Shown: in pieces, positions 9,476-22,393 of the stretch
How the letters are laid out: each line of letters begins with the position of its first letter
Numbering within the stretch: the first letter of the stretch is position 1
Assembly (NCBI GenBank): GCA_032718475.1
Contig: JAUCBJ010001262.1
Coordinates: forward strand, 1-37,605
Direction: 5' to 3'
Length of the DNA: 37,605 nucleotides
Origin: Nemertoderma westbladi
Taxonomy: Eukaryota > Animalia > Xenacoelomorpha
Notes under the pieces: generated by a model
The model's database searches: none
Told to the model about the DNA's origin: nothing
Seen by the model: only the letters and a program-made list of their open reading frames with translations
Made by a program: the position numbers and the translations under genes

Positions 9476-12400
9476 ATTTTACTTGTTTTCTTACATTCTT
9501 TGTTCCCTGCGCCCTGCAATGCGTCTGTCTAGTCTGTAATGAAGGTTTTTTTACTTGTTTTCTTGCATTCTTTGTTCCCTGCCCTGCAATACGTCTGTCT
9601 AGTCTGTAATGAAGGTTTTTTTTACTTGTTTTCTTGCATTCTTTGTTCCCTGCCCTGCAATACGTCTGTGTAGTCTGTAATGAAGGTTTTTTACTTGTTT
9701 TCTTGCATTCTTTGTTCCCTGCCCTGCAATACGTATGTCTAGTCTGTAATGAAGTTTTTTTACTTGTTTTCTTACATTCTTTGTTCCCTGCGCCCTGCAA
9801 TACGTCTGTCTAGTCTGTAATGAATGTTTTTTTTTACTTGTTTTCTTACATTCTTTGTTCCCTGCCCTGCAATACACCACACCTGTCTAGTCTGTAATGA
9901 AGTTTTTTTTACTTGTTTTATTGTATTCTTTGTTCCCTGCCCTGCAATACACCTGTCTAGTCTGTAATGAAGGTTTTTTTTACTTGTTTTCTTACATTCT
10001 TTGTTCCCTGCCCTGCAATACGTCTGTCTAGTCTGTAATGAAGGTTTTTTACTTGTTTTCTTGCATTCTTTGTTCCCTGCCCTGCAATACGTCTGTCTAG
10101 TCTGTAATGAAGGTTTTTTACTTGTTTTCTTGCATTCTTTGTTCCCTGCCCTGCAATACGTCTGTCTAGTCTGTAATGAAGGTTTTTTTTACTTGTTTTC
10201 TTACATTCTTTGTTCCCTGCCCTGCAATACGTCTGTCTAGTCTGTAATGAAGGTTTTTTACTTGTTTTCTTGCATTCTTTGTTCCCTGCCCTGCAATACG
10301 TCTGTCTAGTCTGTAATGAAGGTTTTTTTTACTTGTTTTCTTACATTCTTTGTTCCCTGCCCTGCAATACGTCTGTCTAGTCTGTAATGAAGGTTTTTTA
10401 CTTGTTTTCTTGCATTCTTTGTTCCCTGCCCTGCAATACGTCTGTCTAGTCTGTAATGAAGGTTTTTTTACTTGTTTTCTTGCATTCTTTGTTCCCTGCC
10501 CTGCAATACGTCTGTCTAGTCTGTAATGAAGGTTTTTTTTACTTGTTTTCTTACATTCTTTGTTCCCTGCCCTGCAATACGTCTGTCTAGTCTGTAATGA
10601 AGGTTTTTTTACTTGTTTTCTTGCATTCTTTGTTCCCTGCCCTGCAATACGTCTGTCTAGTCTGTAATGAAGGTTTTTTTTACTTGTTTTCTTGTATTCT
10701 TTGTTCCCTGCCCTGCAATACGTCTGTCTAGTCTGTAATGAAGGTTTTTTTTTTACTTGTTTTATTGTATTCTTTGTTCCCTGCCCTGCAATACGTCTGT
10801 CTAGTCTGTAATGAAGTTTTTTTTACTTGTTTTCTTGCATCCTTTGTTCCCTGCCCTGCAATGCGTCTGTCTGGTCTGTAATGAAGGTTTTTTTTTACTT
10901 GTTTTATTGTATTCTTTGTTCCCTGCCCTGCAATACGTCTGTCTAGTCTGTAATGAAGTTTTTTTACTTGTTTTCTTGCATCCTTTGTTCCCTGCCCTGC
11001 AATGCGTCTGTCTGGTCTGTAATGAAGGTTTTTTTTTACTTGTTTTATTGTATTCTTTGTTCCCTGCCCTGCAATACATCTGTCTAGTCTGTAATGAAGG
11101 TTTTTTTACTTGTTTTCTTGCATTCTTTGTTCCCTGCCCTGCAATACGTCTGTCTAGTCTGTAATGAAGTTTTTTTTACTTGTTTTCTTGCATTCTTTGT
11201 TCCCTGCCCTGCAATACGTCTGTCTAGTCTGTAATGAAGGTTTTTTTACTTGTTTTCTTGCATTCTTTGTTCCCTGCCCTGCAATACGTCTGTCTAGTCT
11301 GTAATGAAGTTTTTTTACTTGTTTTCTTGCATCCTTTGTTCCCTGCCCTGCAATGCGTCTGTCTGGTCTGTAATGAAGGTTTTTTACTTGTTTTCTTGCA
11401 TTCTTTGTTCCCTGCCCTGCAATACGTCTGTCTAGTCTGTAATGAAGTTTTTTTACTTGTTTTCTTGCATTCTTTGTTCCCTGCCCTGCAATACGTCTGT
11501 CTAGTCTGTAATGAAGGTTTTTTTACTTGTTTTCTTACATTCTTTGTTCCCTGCCCTGCAATACGTCTGTCTAGTCTGTAATGAAGGTTTTTTTACTTGT
11601 TTTCTTGCATTCTTTGTTCCCTGCCCTGCAATACGTCTGTCTAGTCTGTAATGAAGGTTTTTTTTACTTGTTTTCTTACATTCTTTGTTCCCTGCCCTGC
11701 AATACGTCTGTCTAGTCTGTAATGAAGGTTTTTTTTACTTGTTTTCTTGCATTCTTTGTTCCCTGCCCTGCAATACGTCTGTCTAGTCTGTAATGAAGGT
11801 TTTTTTTTACTTGTTTTCTTGCATTCTTTGTTCCCTGCCCTGCAATACGTCTGTCTAGTCTGTAATGAAGGTTTTTTTTACTTGTTTTCTTGCATTCTTT
11901 GTTCCCTGCCCTGCAATACGTCTGTCTAGTCTGTAATGAAGGTTTTTTTACTTGTTTTCTTGCATTCTTTGTTCCCTGCCCTGCAATACGTCTGTCTAGT
12001 CTGTAATGAAGTTTTTTTACTTGTTTTCTTGCATCCTTTGTTCCCTGCCCTGCAATGCGTCTGTCTGGTCTGTAATGAAGGTTTTTTTTTACTTGTTTTA
12101 TTGTATTCTTTGTTCCCTGCCCTGCAATACGTCTGTCTAGTCTGTAATGAAGGTTTTTTACTTGTTTTCTTGCATTCTTTGTTCCCTGCCCTGCAATACG
12201 TCTGTCTAGTCTGTAATGAAGGTTTTTTTTACTTGTTTTCTTACATTCTTTGTTCCCTGCCCTGCAATACGTCTGTCTAGTCTGTAATGAAGGTTTTTTT
12301 TACTTGTTTTCTTGCATTCTTTGTTCCCTGCCCTGCAATACGTCTGTCTAGTCTGTAATGAAGGTTTTTTTTACTTGTTTTCTTGCATTCTTTGTTCCCT

Positions 12401-15400
12401 GCCCTGCAATACGTCTGTCTAGTCTGTAATGAAGGTTTTTTTACTTGTTTTCTTGCATTCTTTGTTCCCTGCCCTGCAATACGTCTGTCTAGTCTGTAAT
12501 GAAGTTTTTTTTTACTTGTTTTATTGTATTCTTTGTTCCCTGCCCTGCAATACGTCTGTCTAGTCTGTAATGAAGGTTTTTTTTTTACTTGTTTTATTGT
12601 ATTCTTTGTTCCCTGCCCTGCAATACGTCTGTCTAGTCTGTAATGAAGTTTTTTTACTTGTTTTCTTGCATCCTTTGTTCCCTGCCCTGCAATGCGTCTG
12701 TCTGGTCTGTAATGAAGGTTTTTTTTTGCTTGTTTTATTGTATTCTTTGTTCCCTGCCCTGCAATACGTCTGTCTAGTCTGTAATGAAGTTTTTTTACTT
12801 GTTTTCTTGCATCCTTTGTTCCCTGCCCTGCAATGCGTCTGTCTAGTCTGTAATGAAGTTTTTTTTTACTTGTTTTCTTGCATTCTTTGTTCCCTGCCCT
12901 GCAATACGTCTGTCTAGTCTGTAATGAAGGTTTTTTTTACTTGTTTTCTTGCATTCTTTGTTCCCTGCCCTGCAATACGTCTGTCTAGTCTGTAATGAAG
13001 GTTTTTTTTACTTGTTTTCTTGCATTCTTTGTTCCCTGCCCTGCAATACGTCTGTCTAGTCTGTAATGAAGGTTTTTTTTACTTGTTTTCTTGCATTCTT
13101 TGTTCCCTGCCCTGCAATACGTCTGTCTAGTCTGTAATGAAGGTTTTTTTTTACTTGTTTTATTGTATTCTTTGTTCCCTGCCCTGCAATACGTCTGTCT
13201 AGTCTGTAATGAAGGTTTTTTTTTTACTTGTTTTATTGTATTCTTTGTTCCCTGCCCTGCAATACGTCTGTCTAGTCTGTAATGAAGTTTTTTTACTTGT
13301 TTTCTTGCATCCTTTGTTCCCTGCCCTGCAATGCGTCTGTCTGGTCTGTAATGAAGGTTTTTTTTTGCTTGTTTTATTGTATTCTTTGTTCCCTGCCCTG
13401 CAATACGTCTGTCTAGTCTGTAATGAAGTTTTTTTACTTGTTTTCTTGCATCCTTTGTTCCCTGCCCTGCAATGCGTCTGTCTAGTCTGTAATGAAGTTT
13501 TTTTTACTTGTTTTCTTGCATTCTTTGTTCCCTGCCCTGCAATACGTCTGTCTAGTCTGTAATGACGTTTTTTTACTTGTTTTCTTGCATTATTTGTTCC
13601 CTGCCCTGCAATACGTCTGTCTAGTCTGTAATGAAGGTTTTTTTACTTGTTTTCTTGCATTCTTTGTTCCCTGCCCTGCAATACGTCTGTCTAGTCTGTA
13701 ATGAAGGTTTTTTTTACTTGTTTTCTTACATTCTTTGTTCCCTGCCCTGCAATACGTCTGTCTAGTCTGTAATGAAGGTTTTTTACTTGTTTTCTTGCAT
13801 TCTTTGTTCCCTGCCCTGCAATACGTCTGTCTAGTCTGTAATGAAGGTTTTTTTTACTTGTTTTCTTGCATTCTTTGTTCCCTGCCCTGCAATACGTCTG
13901 TCTAGTCTGTAATGAAGGTTTTTTTTACTTGTTTTCTTGCATTCTTTGTTCCCTGCCCTGCAATGCGTCTGTCTAGTCTGTAATGAAGGTCTTTTTTACT
14001 TGTTTTCTTGCATTCTTTGTTCCCTGCCCTGCAATACGTCTGTCTAGTCTGTAATGAAGGTTTTTTTACTTGTTTTCTTGCATTCTTTGTTCCCTGCCCT
14101 GCAATACGACTGTCTAGTCTGTAATGAAGGTTTTTTTTACTTGTTTTCTTACATTCTTTGTTCCCTGCCCTGCAATACGTCTGTCTAGTCTGTAATGAAG
14201 GTTTTTTTTTACTTGTTTTATTGTATTCTTTGTTCCCTGCCCTGCAATACGTCTGTCTAGTCTGTAATGAAGTTTTTTTACTTGTTTTCTTGCATCCTTT
14301 GTTCCCTGCCCTGCAATGCGTCTGTCTGGTCTGTAATGAAGGTTTTTTTTTGCTTGTTTTATTGTATTCTTTGTTCCCTGCCCTGCAATACGTCTGTCTA
14401 GTCTGTAATGAAGTTTTTTTACTTGTTTTCTTGCATCCTTTGTTCCCTGCCCTGCAATGCGTCTGTCTAGTCTGTAATGAAGGTTTTTTTTACTTGTTTT
14501 CTTGCATTCTTTGTTCCCTGCCCTGCAATACGTCTGTCTAGTCTGTAATGAAGTTTTTTTACTTGTTTTCTTGCATTCTTTGTTCCCTGCCCTGCAATAC
14601 GTCTGTCTAGTCTGTAATGAAGGTTTTTTTACTTGTTTTCTTGCATTCTTTGTTCCCTGCCCTGCAATACGTCTGTCTAGTCTGTAATGAAGGTTTTTTT
14701 TACTTGTTTTCTTACATTCTTTGTTCCCTGCCCTGCAATACGTCTGTCTAGTCTGTAATGAAGGTTTTTTACTTGTTTTCTTGCATTCTTTGTTCCCTGC
14801 CCTGCAATACGTCTGTCTAGTCTGTAATGAAGGTTTTTTTTACTTGTTTTCTTGCATTCTTTGTTCCCTGCCCTGCAATACGTCTGTCTAGTCTGTAATG
14901 AAGGTTTTTTTTACTTGTTTTCTTGCATTCTTTGTTCCCTGCCCTGCAATACGTCTGTCTAGTCTGTAATGAAGTTTTTTTTTACTTGTTTTATTGTATT
15001 CTTTGTTCCCTGCCCTGCAATACGTCTGTCTAGTCTGTAATGAAGGTTTTTTTTTTACTTGTTTTATTGTATTCTTTGTTCCCTGCCCTGCAATACGTCT
15101 GTCTAGTCTGTAATGAAGTTTTTTTACTTGTTTTCTTGCATCCTTTGTTCCCTGCCCTGCAATGCGTCTGTCTGGTCTGTAATGAAGGTTTTTTTTTGCT
15201 TGTTTTATTGTATTCTTTGTTCCCTGCCCTGCAATACGTCTGTCTAGTCTGTAATGAAGTTTTTTTACTTGTTTTCTTGCATCCTTTGTTCCCTGCCCTG
15301 CAATGCGTCTGTCTAGTCTGTAATGAAGTTTTTTTTACTTGTTTTCTTGCATTCTTTGTTCCCTGCCCTGCAATACGTCTGTCTAGTCTGTAATGACGTT

Positions 15401-18400
15401 TTTTTACTTGTTTTCTTGCATTATTTGTTCCCTGCCCTGCAATACGTCTGTCTAGTCTGTAATGAAGGTTTTTTTACTTGTTTTCTTGCATTCTTTGTTC
15501 CCTGCCCTGCAATACGTCTGTCTAGTCTGTAATGAAGGTTTTTTTTACTTGTTTTCTTACATTCTTTGTTCCCTGCCCTGCAATACGTCTGTCTAGTCTG
15601 TAATGAAGGTTTTTTACTTGTTTTCTTGCATTCTTTGTTCCCTGCCCTGCAATACGTCTGTCTAGTCTGTAATGAAGGTTTTTTTTACTTGTTTTCTTGC
15701 ATTCTTTGTTCCCTGCCCTGCAATACGTCTGTCTAGTCTGTAATGAAGGTTTTTTTTACTTGTTTTATTGTATTCTTTGTTCCCTGCCCTGCAATACATC
15801 TGTCTAGTCTGTAATGAAGGTTTTTTACTTGTTTTCTTGCATTCTTTGTTCCCTGCCCTGCAATACGACTGTCTAGTCTGTAATGAAGGTTTTTTTTACT
15901 TGTTTTCTTACATTCTTTGTTCCCTGCCCTGCAATACGTCTGTCTAGTCTGTAATGAAGGTTTTTTTTTACTTGTTTTCTTGCATTCTTTGTTCCCTGCC
16001 CTGCAATACGTCTGTCTAGTCTGTAATGAAGGTTTTTTTTACTTGTTTTCTTACATTCTTTGTTCCCTGCCCTGCAATACGTCTGTCTAGTCTGTAATGA
16101 AGGTTTTTTACTTGTTTTCTTGCATTCTTTGTTCCCTGCCCTGCAATACGTCTGTCTAGTCTGTAATAATAAAGGTTTTTTTTACTTGTTTTCTTGCATT
16201 CTTTGTTCCCTGCCCTGCAATACGTCTGTCTAGTCTGTAATGAAGTTTTTTTTTACTTGTTTTATTGTATTCTTTGTTCCCTGCCCTGCAATACGTCTGT
16301 CTAGTCTGTAATGAAGGTTTTTTTTTTACTTGTTTTATTGTATTCTTTGTTCCCTGCCCTGCAATACGTCTGTCTAGTCTGTAATGAAGTTTTTTTACTT
16401 GTTTTCTTGCATCCTTTGTTCCCTGCCCTGCAATGCGTCTGTCTGGTCTGTAATGAAGGTTTTTTTTTGCTTGTTTTATTGTATTCTTTGTTCCCTGCCC
16501 TGCAATACGTCTGTCTAGTCTGTAATGAAGTTTTTTTACTTGTTTTCTTGCATCCTTTGTTCCCTGCCCTGCAATGCGTCTGTCTAGTCTGTAATGAAGT
16601 TTTTTTTACTTGTTTTCTTGCATTCTTTGTTCCCTGCCCTGCAATACGTCTGTCTAGTCTGTAATGACGTTTTTTTACTTGTTTTCTTGCATTATTTGTT
16701 CCCTGCCCTGCAATACGTCTGTCTAGTCTGTAATGAAGGTTTTTTTACTTGTTTTCTTGCATTCTTTGTTCCCTGCCCTGCAATACGTCTGTCTAGTCTG
16801 TAATGAAGGTTTTTTTTACTTGTTTTCTTACATTCTTTGTTCCCTGCCCTGCAATACGTCTGTCTAGTCTGTAATGAAGGTTTTTTACTTGTTTTCTTGC
16901 ATTCTTTGTTCCCTGCCCTGCAATACGTCTGTCTAGTCTGTAATGAAGGTTTTTTTTACTTGTTTTCTTGCATTCTTTGTTCCCTGCCCTGCAATACGTC
17001 TGTCTAGTCTGTAATGAAGGTTTTTTTACTTGTTTTCTTGCATTCTTTGTTCCCTGCCCTGCAATACGTCTGTCTGGTCTGTAATGAAGGTTTTTTTTAC
17101 TTGTTTTCTTGCATTCTTTGTTCCCTGCCCTGCAATACGTCTGTCTAGTCTGTAATGAAGGTTTTTTTACTTGTTTTCTTGCATTCTTTGTTCCCTGCCC
17201 TGCAATACGTCTGTCTAGTCTGTAATGAAGGTTTTTTTTACTTGTTTTCTTACATTCTTTGTTCCCTGCCCTGCAATACGTCTGTCTAGTCTGTAATGAA
17301 GGTTTTTTACTTGTTTTCTTGCATTCTTTGTTCCCTGCCCTGCAATACGTCTGTCTAGTCTGTAATGAAGGTTTTTTTACTTGTTTTCTTGCATTCTTTG
17401 TTCCCTGCCCTGCAATACGTCTGTCTAGTCTGTAATGAAGGTTTTTTACTTGTTTTCTTGCATTCTTTGTTCCCTGCCCTGCAATACGTCTGTCTAGTCT
17501 GTAATGAAGGTTTTTTTTACTTGTTTTCTTGCATTCTTTGTTCCCTGCCCTGCAATACGTCTGTCTAGTCTGTAATGAAGGTTTTTTTTACTTGTTTTCT
17601 TGCATTCTTTGTTCCCTGCCCTGCAATACGTCTGTCTAGTCTGTAATGAAGGTTTTTTACTTGTTTTCTTGCATTCTTTGTTCCCTGCCCTGCAATACGT
17701 CTGTCTAGTCTGTAATGAAGGTTTTTTTTACTTGTTTTCTTGCATTCTTTGTTCCCTGCCCTGCAATACGTCTGTCTAGTCTGTAATGAAGGTTTTTTAC
17801 TTGTTTTCTTGCATTCTTTGTTCCCTGCCCTGCAATACGTCTGTCTAGTCTGTAATGAAGGTTTTTTTTACTTGTTTTCTTACATTCTTTGTTCCCTGCC
17901 CTGCAATACGTCTGTCTAGTCTGTAATGAAGGTTTTTTTACTTGTTTTCTTGCATTCTTTGTTCCCTGCCCTGCAATACGTCTGTCTAGTCTGTAATGAA
18001 GGTTTTTTTTACTTGTTTTCTTGCATTCTTTGTTCCCTGCCCTGCAATACGTCTGTCTAGTCTGTAATGAAGGTTTTTTACTTGTTTTCTTGCATTCTTT
18101 GTTCCCTGCCCTGCAATACGTCTGTCTAGTCTGTAATGAAGGTTTTTTTTACTTGTTTTCTTACATTCTTTGTTCCCTGCCCTGCAATACGTCTGTCTAG
18201 TCTGTAATGAAGGTTTTTTACTTGTTTTCTTGCATTCTTTGTTCCCTGCCCTGCAATACGTCTGTCTAGTCTGTAATGAAGGTTTTTTTTACTTGTTTTC
18301 TTGCATTCTTTGTTCCCTGCCCTGCAATACGTCTGTCTAGTCTGTAATGAAGGTTTTTTTTACTTGTTTTCTTGCATTCTTTGTTCCCTGCCCTGCAATA

Positions 18401-19063
18401 CGTCTGTGTAGTCTGTAATGAAGGTTTTTTTTACTTGTTTTCTTGCATTCTTTGTTCCCTGCCCTGCAATACGTCTGTCTGGTCTGTAATGAAGGTGTTT
18501 TTTACTTGTTTTCTTGCATTCTTTGTTCCCTGCCCTGCAATACGTCTGTCTAGTCTGTAATGAAGGTTTTTTTTACTTGTTTTCTTGCATTCTTTGTTCC
18601 CTGCCCTGCAATACGTCTGTCTAGTCTGTAATGAAGGTTTTTTTTACTTGTTTTCTTGCATTCTTTGTTCCCTGCCCTGCAATACGTCTGTCTGGTCTGT
18701 AATGAAGGTGTTTTTTACTTGTTTTCTTGCATTCTTTGTTCCCTGCCCTGCAATACGTCTGTCTGGTCTGTAATGAAGGTGTTTTTTACTTGTTTTCTTG
18801 CATTCTTTGTTCCCTGCCCTGCAATACGTCTGTCTAGTCTGTAATGACGGTTTTTTTACTTGTTTTCTTGCATTCTTTGTTCCCTGCCCTGCAATACGTC
18901 TGTCTAGTCTGTAATGACGGTTTTTTTACTTGTTTTCTTGCATTCTTTGTTCCCTGCCCTGCAATACGTCTGTCTAGTCTGTAATGACGGTTTTTTTACT
19001 TGTTTTCTTGCATTCTTTGTTCCCTGCCCTGCAATACGTCTGTCTAGTCTGTAATGAAGGTTT
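9476..19063. repeat. Satellite DNA array, ~69-73-bp monomer, roughly 135 copies, ~9.6 kb
   Basis: Continuous head-to-tail tctgtaatgaagg(T6-10)acttgttttcttgcattctttgttccctgccctgcaatacgtctgtctag with no unique spacers. Copy number is span divided by unit length. Confidence 0.99.
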
Positions 19064-19666
19064 CAGATTCCACGTTCACTAAAAACATTTCAAGTTTCTA
19101 ATAAAGCCTGATTTGTCCAATAAGATATAAAAAAATATTTGAATGACTAAATCTGTTATGTAAATGGGTCCCATATGACAAATAAATTGAAATCTGCGCA
19201 GAAATCCATGTAATTGTTTATCATTATGGACACGGGAAATATTATCTCAACCCGTTCCGTTTCAAACCTATTTTCCATACTCTCTCCTAACATCGCAGTT
19301 CCTAATTATGTTTGCTGTGGATCAATAAACATCATTCTTTACATTACAGTTAAGTTTAACATACCGGTATATATGTTGAATACAGCTGCTATCACTGGTG
19401 AATTAATTGTTTTCTCTACAGGTGGCATCTCATATAGAATGCCTATGGTGTGGGTAGTAATGACAGTGACAGTAAGTAGTTTGATATTTAATGGTTAAGA
19501 GTTCTTCATGGTTTACAATTACATTTATTTCAATTGAATCTTCAAACATTTCTTCACTCCCCTGTTTATACTTTTGTTGGCCTAAATACATAAACTACAT
19601 CAAGTTTATAATTATTATAATGTTTTTTATTATTGTAAGTCTACAATTCTCCATATGATTACATGT

Positions 19667-19837
19667 AATTTGAAACAATAATTATTTATTACATGGGAAA
19701 CATGTATAACTTTTTTTCACTAATCTCGAGGTATTTTATTTACCGAGCGCCAGCGAGGTTAATAAAGGGTCGAGAAATATTGAAAAAAATGTTCAACGTT
19801 TTTTTCCCCATGTAATACGTAATTTTATTCTTCAATT
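19667..19837. repeat. ~170-bp imperfect palindrome centred on ccgagcgccagcgagg
   Basis: Nested pairing arms: tattacatggg/cccatgtaata, tttttttca/tgaaaaaaa, tctcga/tcgaga, tttatt/aataaa. Confidence 0.75.
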
Positions 19838-20230
19838 GGTACTTTTTTGTTGCTCAATTATTTATTAAAACATATAGCGATGTATTGTTGCAAATTAAAT
19901 TGAACTATAGTATTTTACCATATTGCTTCCATAGTTTCTGCGATTCAAATTATTGTACTCTTCAACTCCTGATGCTGCCTTACTCAATGTTAAATAATTT
20001 AGTGTTCACGAATATTTATTATGTAACTAGAGAGCCGCTTAACAACATAAATCAATATTGGATATTGAGTACCGTTTTGGAGTAGCCTTGCAGACACTAA
20101 AGCTTTACTTTTTTTCCCGGCGAAAAAAATAAATAAGAATAAGAAAAAAAATTTTGGGGGAATTTCTTAAATTTTATTACATTGTGTTAAAATAATATTC
20201 TCTCGACCGTTTATTAACCTCATTGTATAT

Positions 20231-21677
20231 TAGGCCTAATATTATTACTTTAAAAATACTAAAGTATTTATTATAAACAAATCTATAGATTTGTGCCCAT
20301 ATGTTAGAATGGAAAACCATGATACTGATGAAAAAACTACTAGTGATCACAAACAACAGCAATGGGGCATCTGCGATCTCGTTCTGATCGCTGTTAGTCG
20401 ACTCTTCATCTTGGTCACCTTCCCACTCAGTATATTCATGTGCCTCAAGGTCGTCCAGGAATATGAAAGAGCAGTTATATTTCGACTGGGTCGAATTTTA
20501 CCTGGAGGAGCAAAAGGACCCGGACTCTTCTTTATTATACCGTGCACTGACAACTACCAAAAAGTCGATATACGAACCGTATCGTTTGACGTGCCTCCGC
20601 AAGAGATCCTCACTAAGGATTCTGTCACCGTCTCCGTCGATGCTGTCGTCTATTACAAGGTCTACAGTCCGATTGCTTCTATAACAAATGTTGAGCATTT
20701 TGACCGTTCGACACGCCTTCTAGCTGCAACAACACTCCGAAATGTTCTTGGTACCAAAAATCTGTTTGAGGTTTTATCAGATCGTGAGAACATCAGTCAT
20801 ACCATGCAGAACATGCTTGATATAGCAACGGATCCTTGGGGGGTAAAGGTGGAGAGAGTTGAGGTTAAGGATGTTCGTTTACCAGTTCAAATGCAGAGGG
20901 CTATGGCAGCGGAGGCCGAAGCAGCCCGTGAAGCTAAAGCTAAAGTCATTGCAGCTGAAGGAGAGTGGAATGCCTCGAAGGCCCTGAAAGAAGCTGCTGA
21001 CGTAATTTCTGAGTCTCCTGTGTCGCTGCAACTACGGTACATGCAGACGCTGACGGCCATATCAGCTGAGAAGAATTCAACCATCATATTTCCTCTACCA
21101 ATTGATCTCATCAAGGGTTTGACAAAGCACGTTTAACTTTTGTGTGACTATTCTTCATTAATTATACCATATCTGCGTCACCACTATGTTGTATATTGAC
21201 ACGGTGTTCACAAATACTATACACGAATATTGCACGCCTGTATTACATGGAATTAGTCAAAAGTTCCATATTCTATAATAACTGGGCCTACTGTACATAC
21301 TGGTAACTAGTCATCGCAAAGTCTGGAATTACGCAATCACATACGTTAGGGCTGACGCTCCTGGGTTACTTGTTAAAATTTGAGAGTTTAGGAGAACAAT
21401 TTTAGATCTGTGCATTTATAACATCTCATTGTCGTGAAAATGGTTCCAAATTAAATTACACACTACTTTTTGGTGGTTAATTAATATTAATCACTTGGAA
21501 TAAATTTGGTACAGAGTAGATATTAACGGGGGTGGGGAAATTAAATTTCAAATAAGGGAGGGTTGGGGTGGGTAGGTGGACAAAAATGGAAACAAGATCT
21601 CAAAAGGTGGGGAAAGTTGACATAAATTACAATTTAAATAAGTTTATTATTTCGCCTATAAACATATGAAACTATCT
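20231..21677 (+). repeat. Duplicated ~1.45-kb segment (stomatin unit A)
   Basis: Aligns with 27986-29432 from taggcct upstream of the ATG to ~540 bp past the stop. Confidence 0.9.
20309..21136 (+). CDS. Stomatin / band-7 (SPFH, MEC-2-like) protein, copy 1
   Basis: 275 aa from the first ATG (the ORF track starts at an upstream TTG). Hairpin LFILVTFPLSIFMCLKVVQEYERAVIFRLGR, GPGLFFIIPC, PPQEILTKDSVTVSVDAVVYY, QRAMAAEAEAAREAKAKVIAAEGE, EKNSTIIFPLP. Confidence 0.95.
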   Translation: MENHDTDEKTTSDHKQQQWGICDLVLIAVSRLFILVTFPLSIFMCLKVVQEYERAVIFRLGRILPGGAKGPGLFFIIPCTDNYQKVDIRTVSFDVPPQEILTKDSVTVSVDAVVYYKVYSPIASITNVEHFDRSTRLLAATTLRNVLGTKNLFEVLSDRENISHTMQNMLDIATDPWGVKVERVEVKDVRLPVQMQRAMAAEAEAAREAKAKVIAAEGEWNASKALKEAADVISESPVSLQLRYMQTLTAISAEKNSTIIFPLPIDLIKGLTKHV

Positions 21678-22217
21678 CTTTAATCCACTCATTTCTACTG
21701 AATTCATCATTTCCCCGCTCGTTTCGCTCGCGTTAGAATTTATGGACTTAACCTATCTTTAAATAATGCTATTGGTGTGATCTGTTATGTTTGTATCTGG
21801 AAGAAATGAGCTGAAAATTAGAGAAAAATATGCAAATCTGAATAGCGCTATAATTAATTAAAGGGCACTCATAATTTTTCTAAATTAGTGTTCTAATTTT
21901 TTCATCGGTGGTGGTCTGAAACCGCGGTCCAAGTGCTGCAATTAGAATAGCATTAAATAAAGATTTGATATCATATAATGTAGACTCGATTATGTAGGCC
22001 TACTATTTATACGTAAGGCATTATGTTTCTGAATTGTATACTTTTACTGCTCACTTTCACAGACACGGTGATGGAATTATAATAAAGTACAGCAGTAAGT
22101 ACAGTAGTATGTGTATTGCGTGGTATCGGGTAAATTATACTGTACTGTAGTGGTTAAAAATAGACCACACCATTGTAATTACAGTACGTTCTACAAATTC
22201 CATATTATTTTACCAAC

Positions 22218-22393
22218 TTGGCTCAATTATTGGCCAACTCTTCCCAAATTGGCTCAATTATTGGCCAACTCTCCCAACTTGGCTCAATTATTGGCCAACT
22301 CTTCCCAAATTGGCTCAATTATTGGCCAACTCTTCCCAACTTGTCTCAATTATTGGCCAACTCTTCCCAAATTGGCTCAATTATTGGCCAACG
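22218..22393. repeat. 31-bp minisatellite, about 5.7 copies
   Basis: ttggctcaattattggccaactcttcccaaa tandem units. Confidence 0.93.

Noticed and set aside
9421-18844. Many ORFs with VCLVC (CxxC) or K-rich repeats; phase-variable poly-T gene idea
   Set aside because: One frame of the monomer simply lacks a stop codon. Frames break wherever the T-run length changes, and there is no unique flanking coding sequence.
9476-19063. CRISPR array or telomeric repeat
   Set aside because: No variable spacers, no cas genes, and no telomere-type short unit.
20291-20308. Upstream TTG/GTG starts for the stomatins (20291, 27972) and PMVK (30663)
   Set aside because: Eukaryotic genes; the first in-frame ATG gives a family-typical length and is conserved in both stomatin copies.
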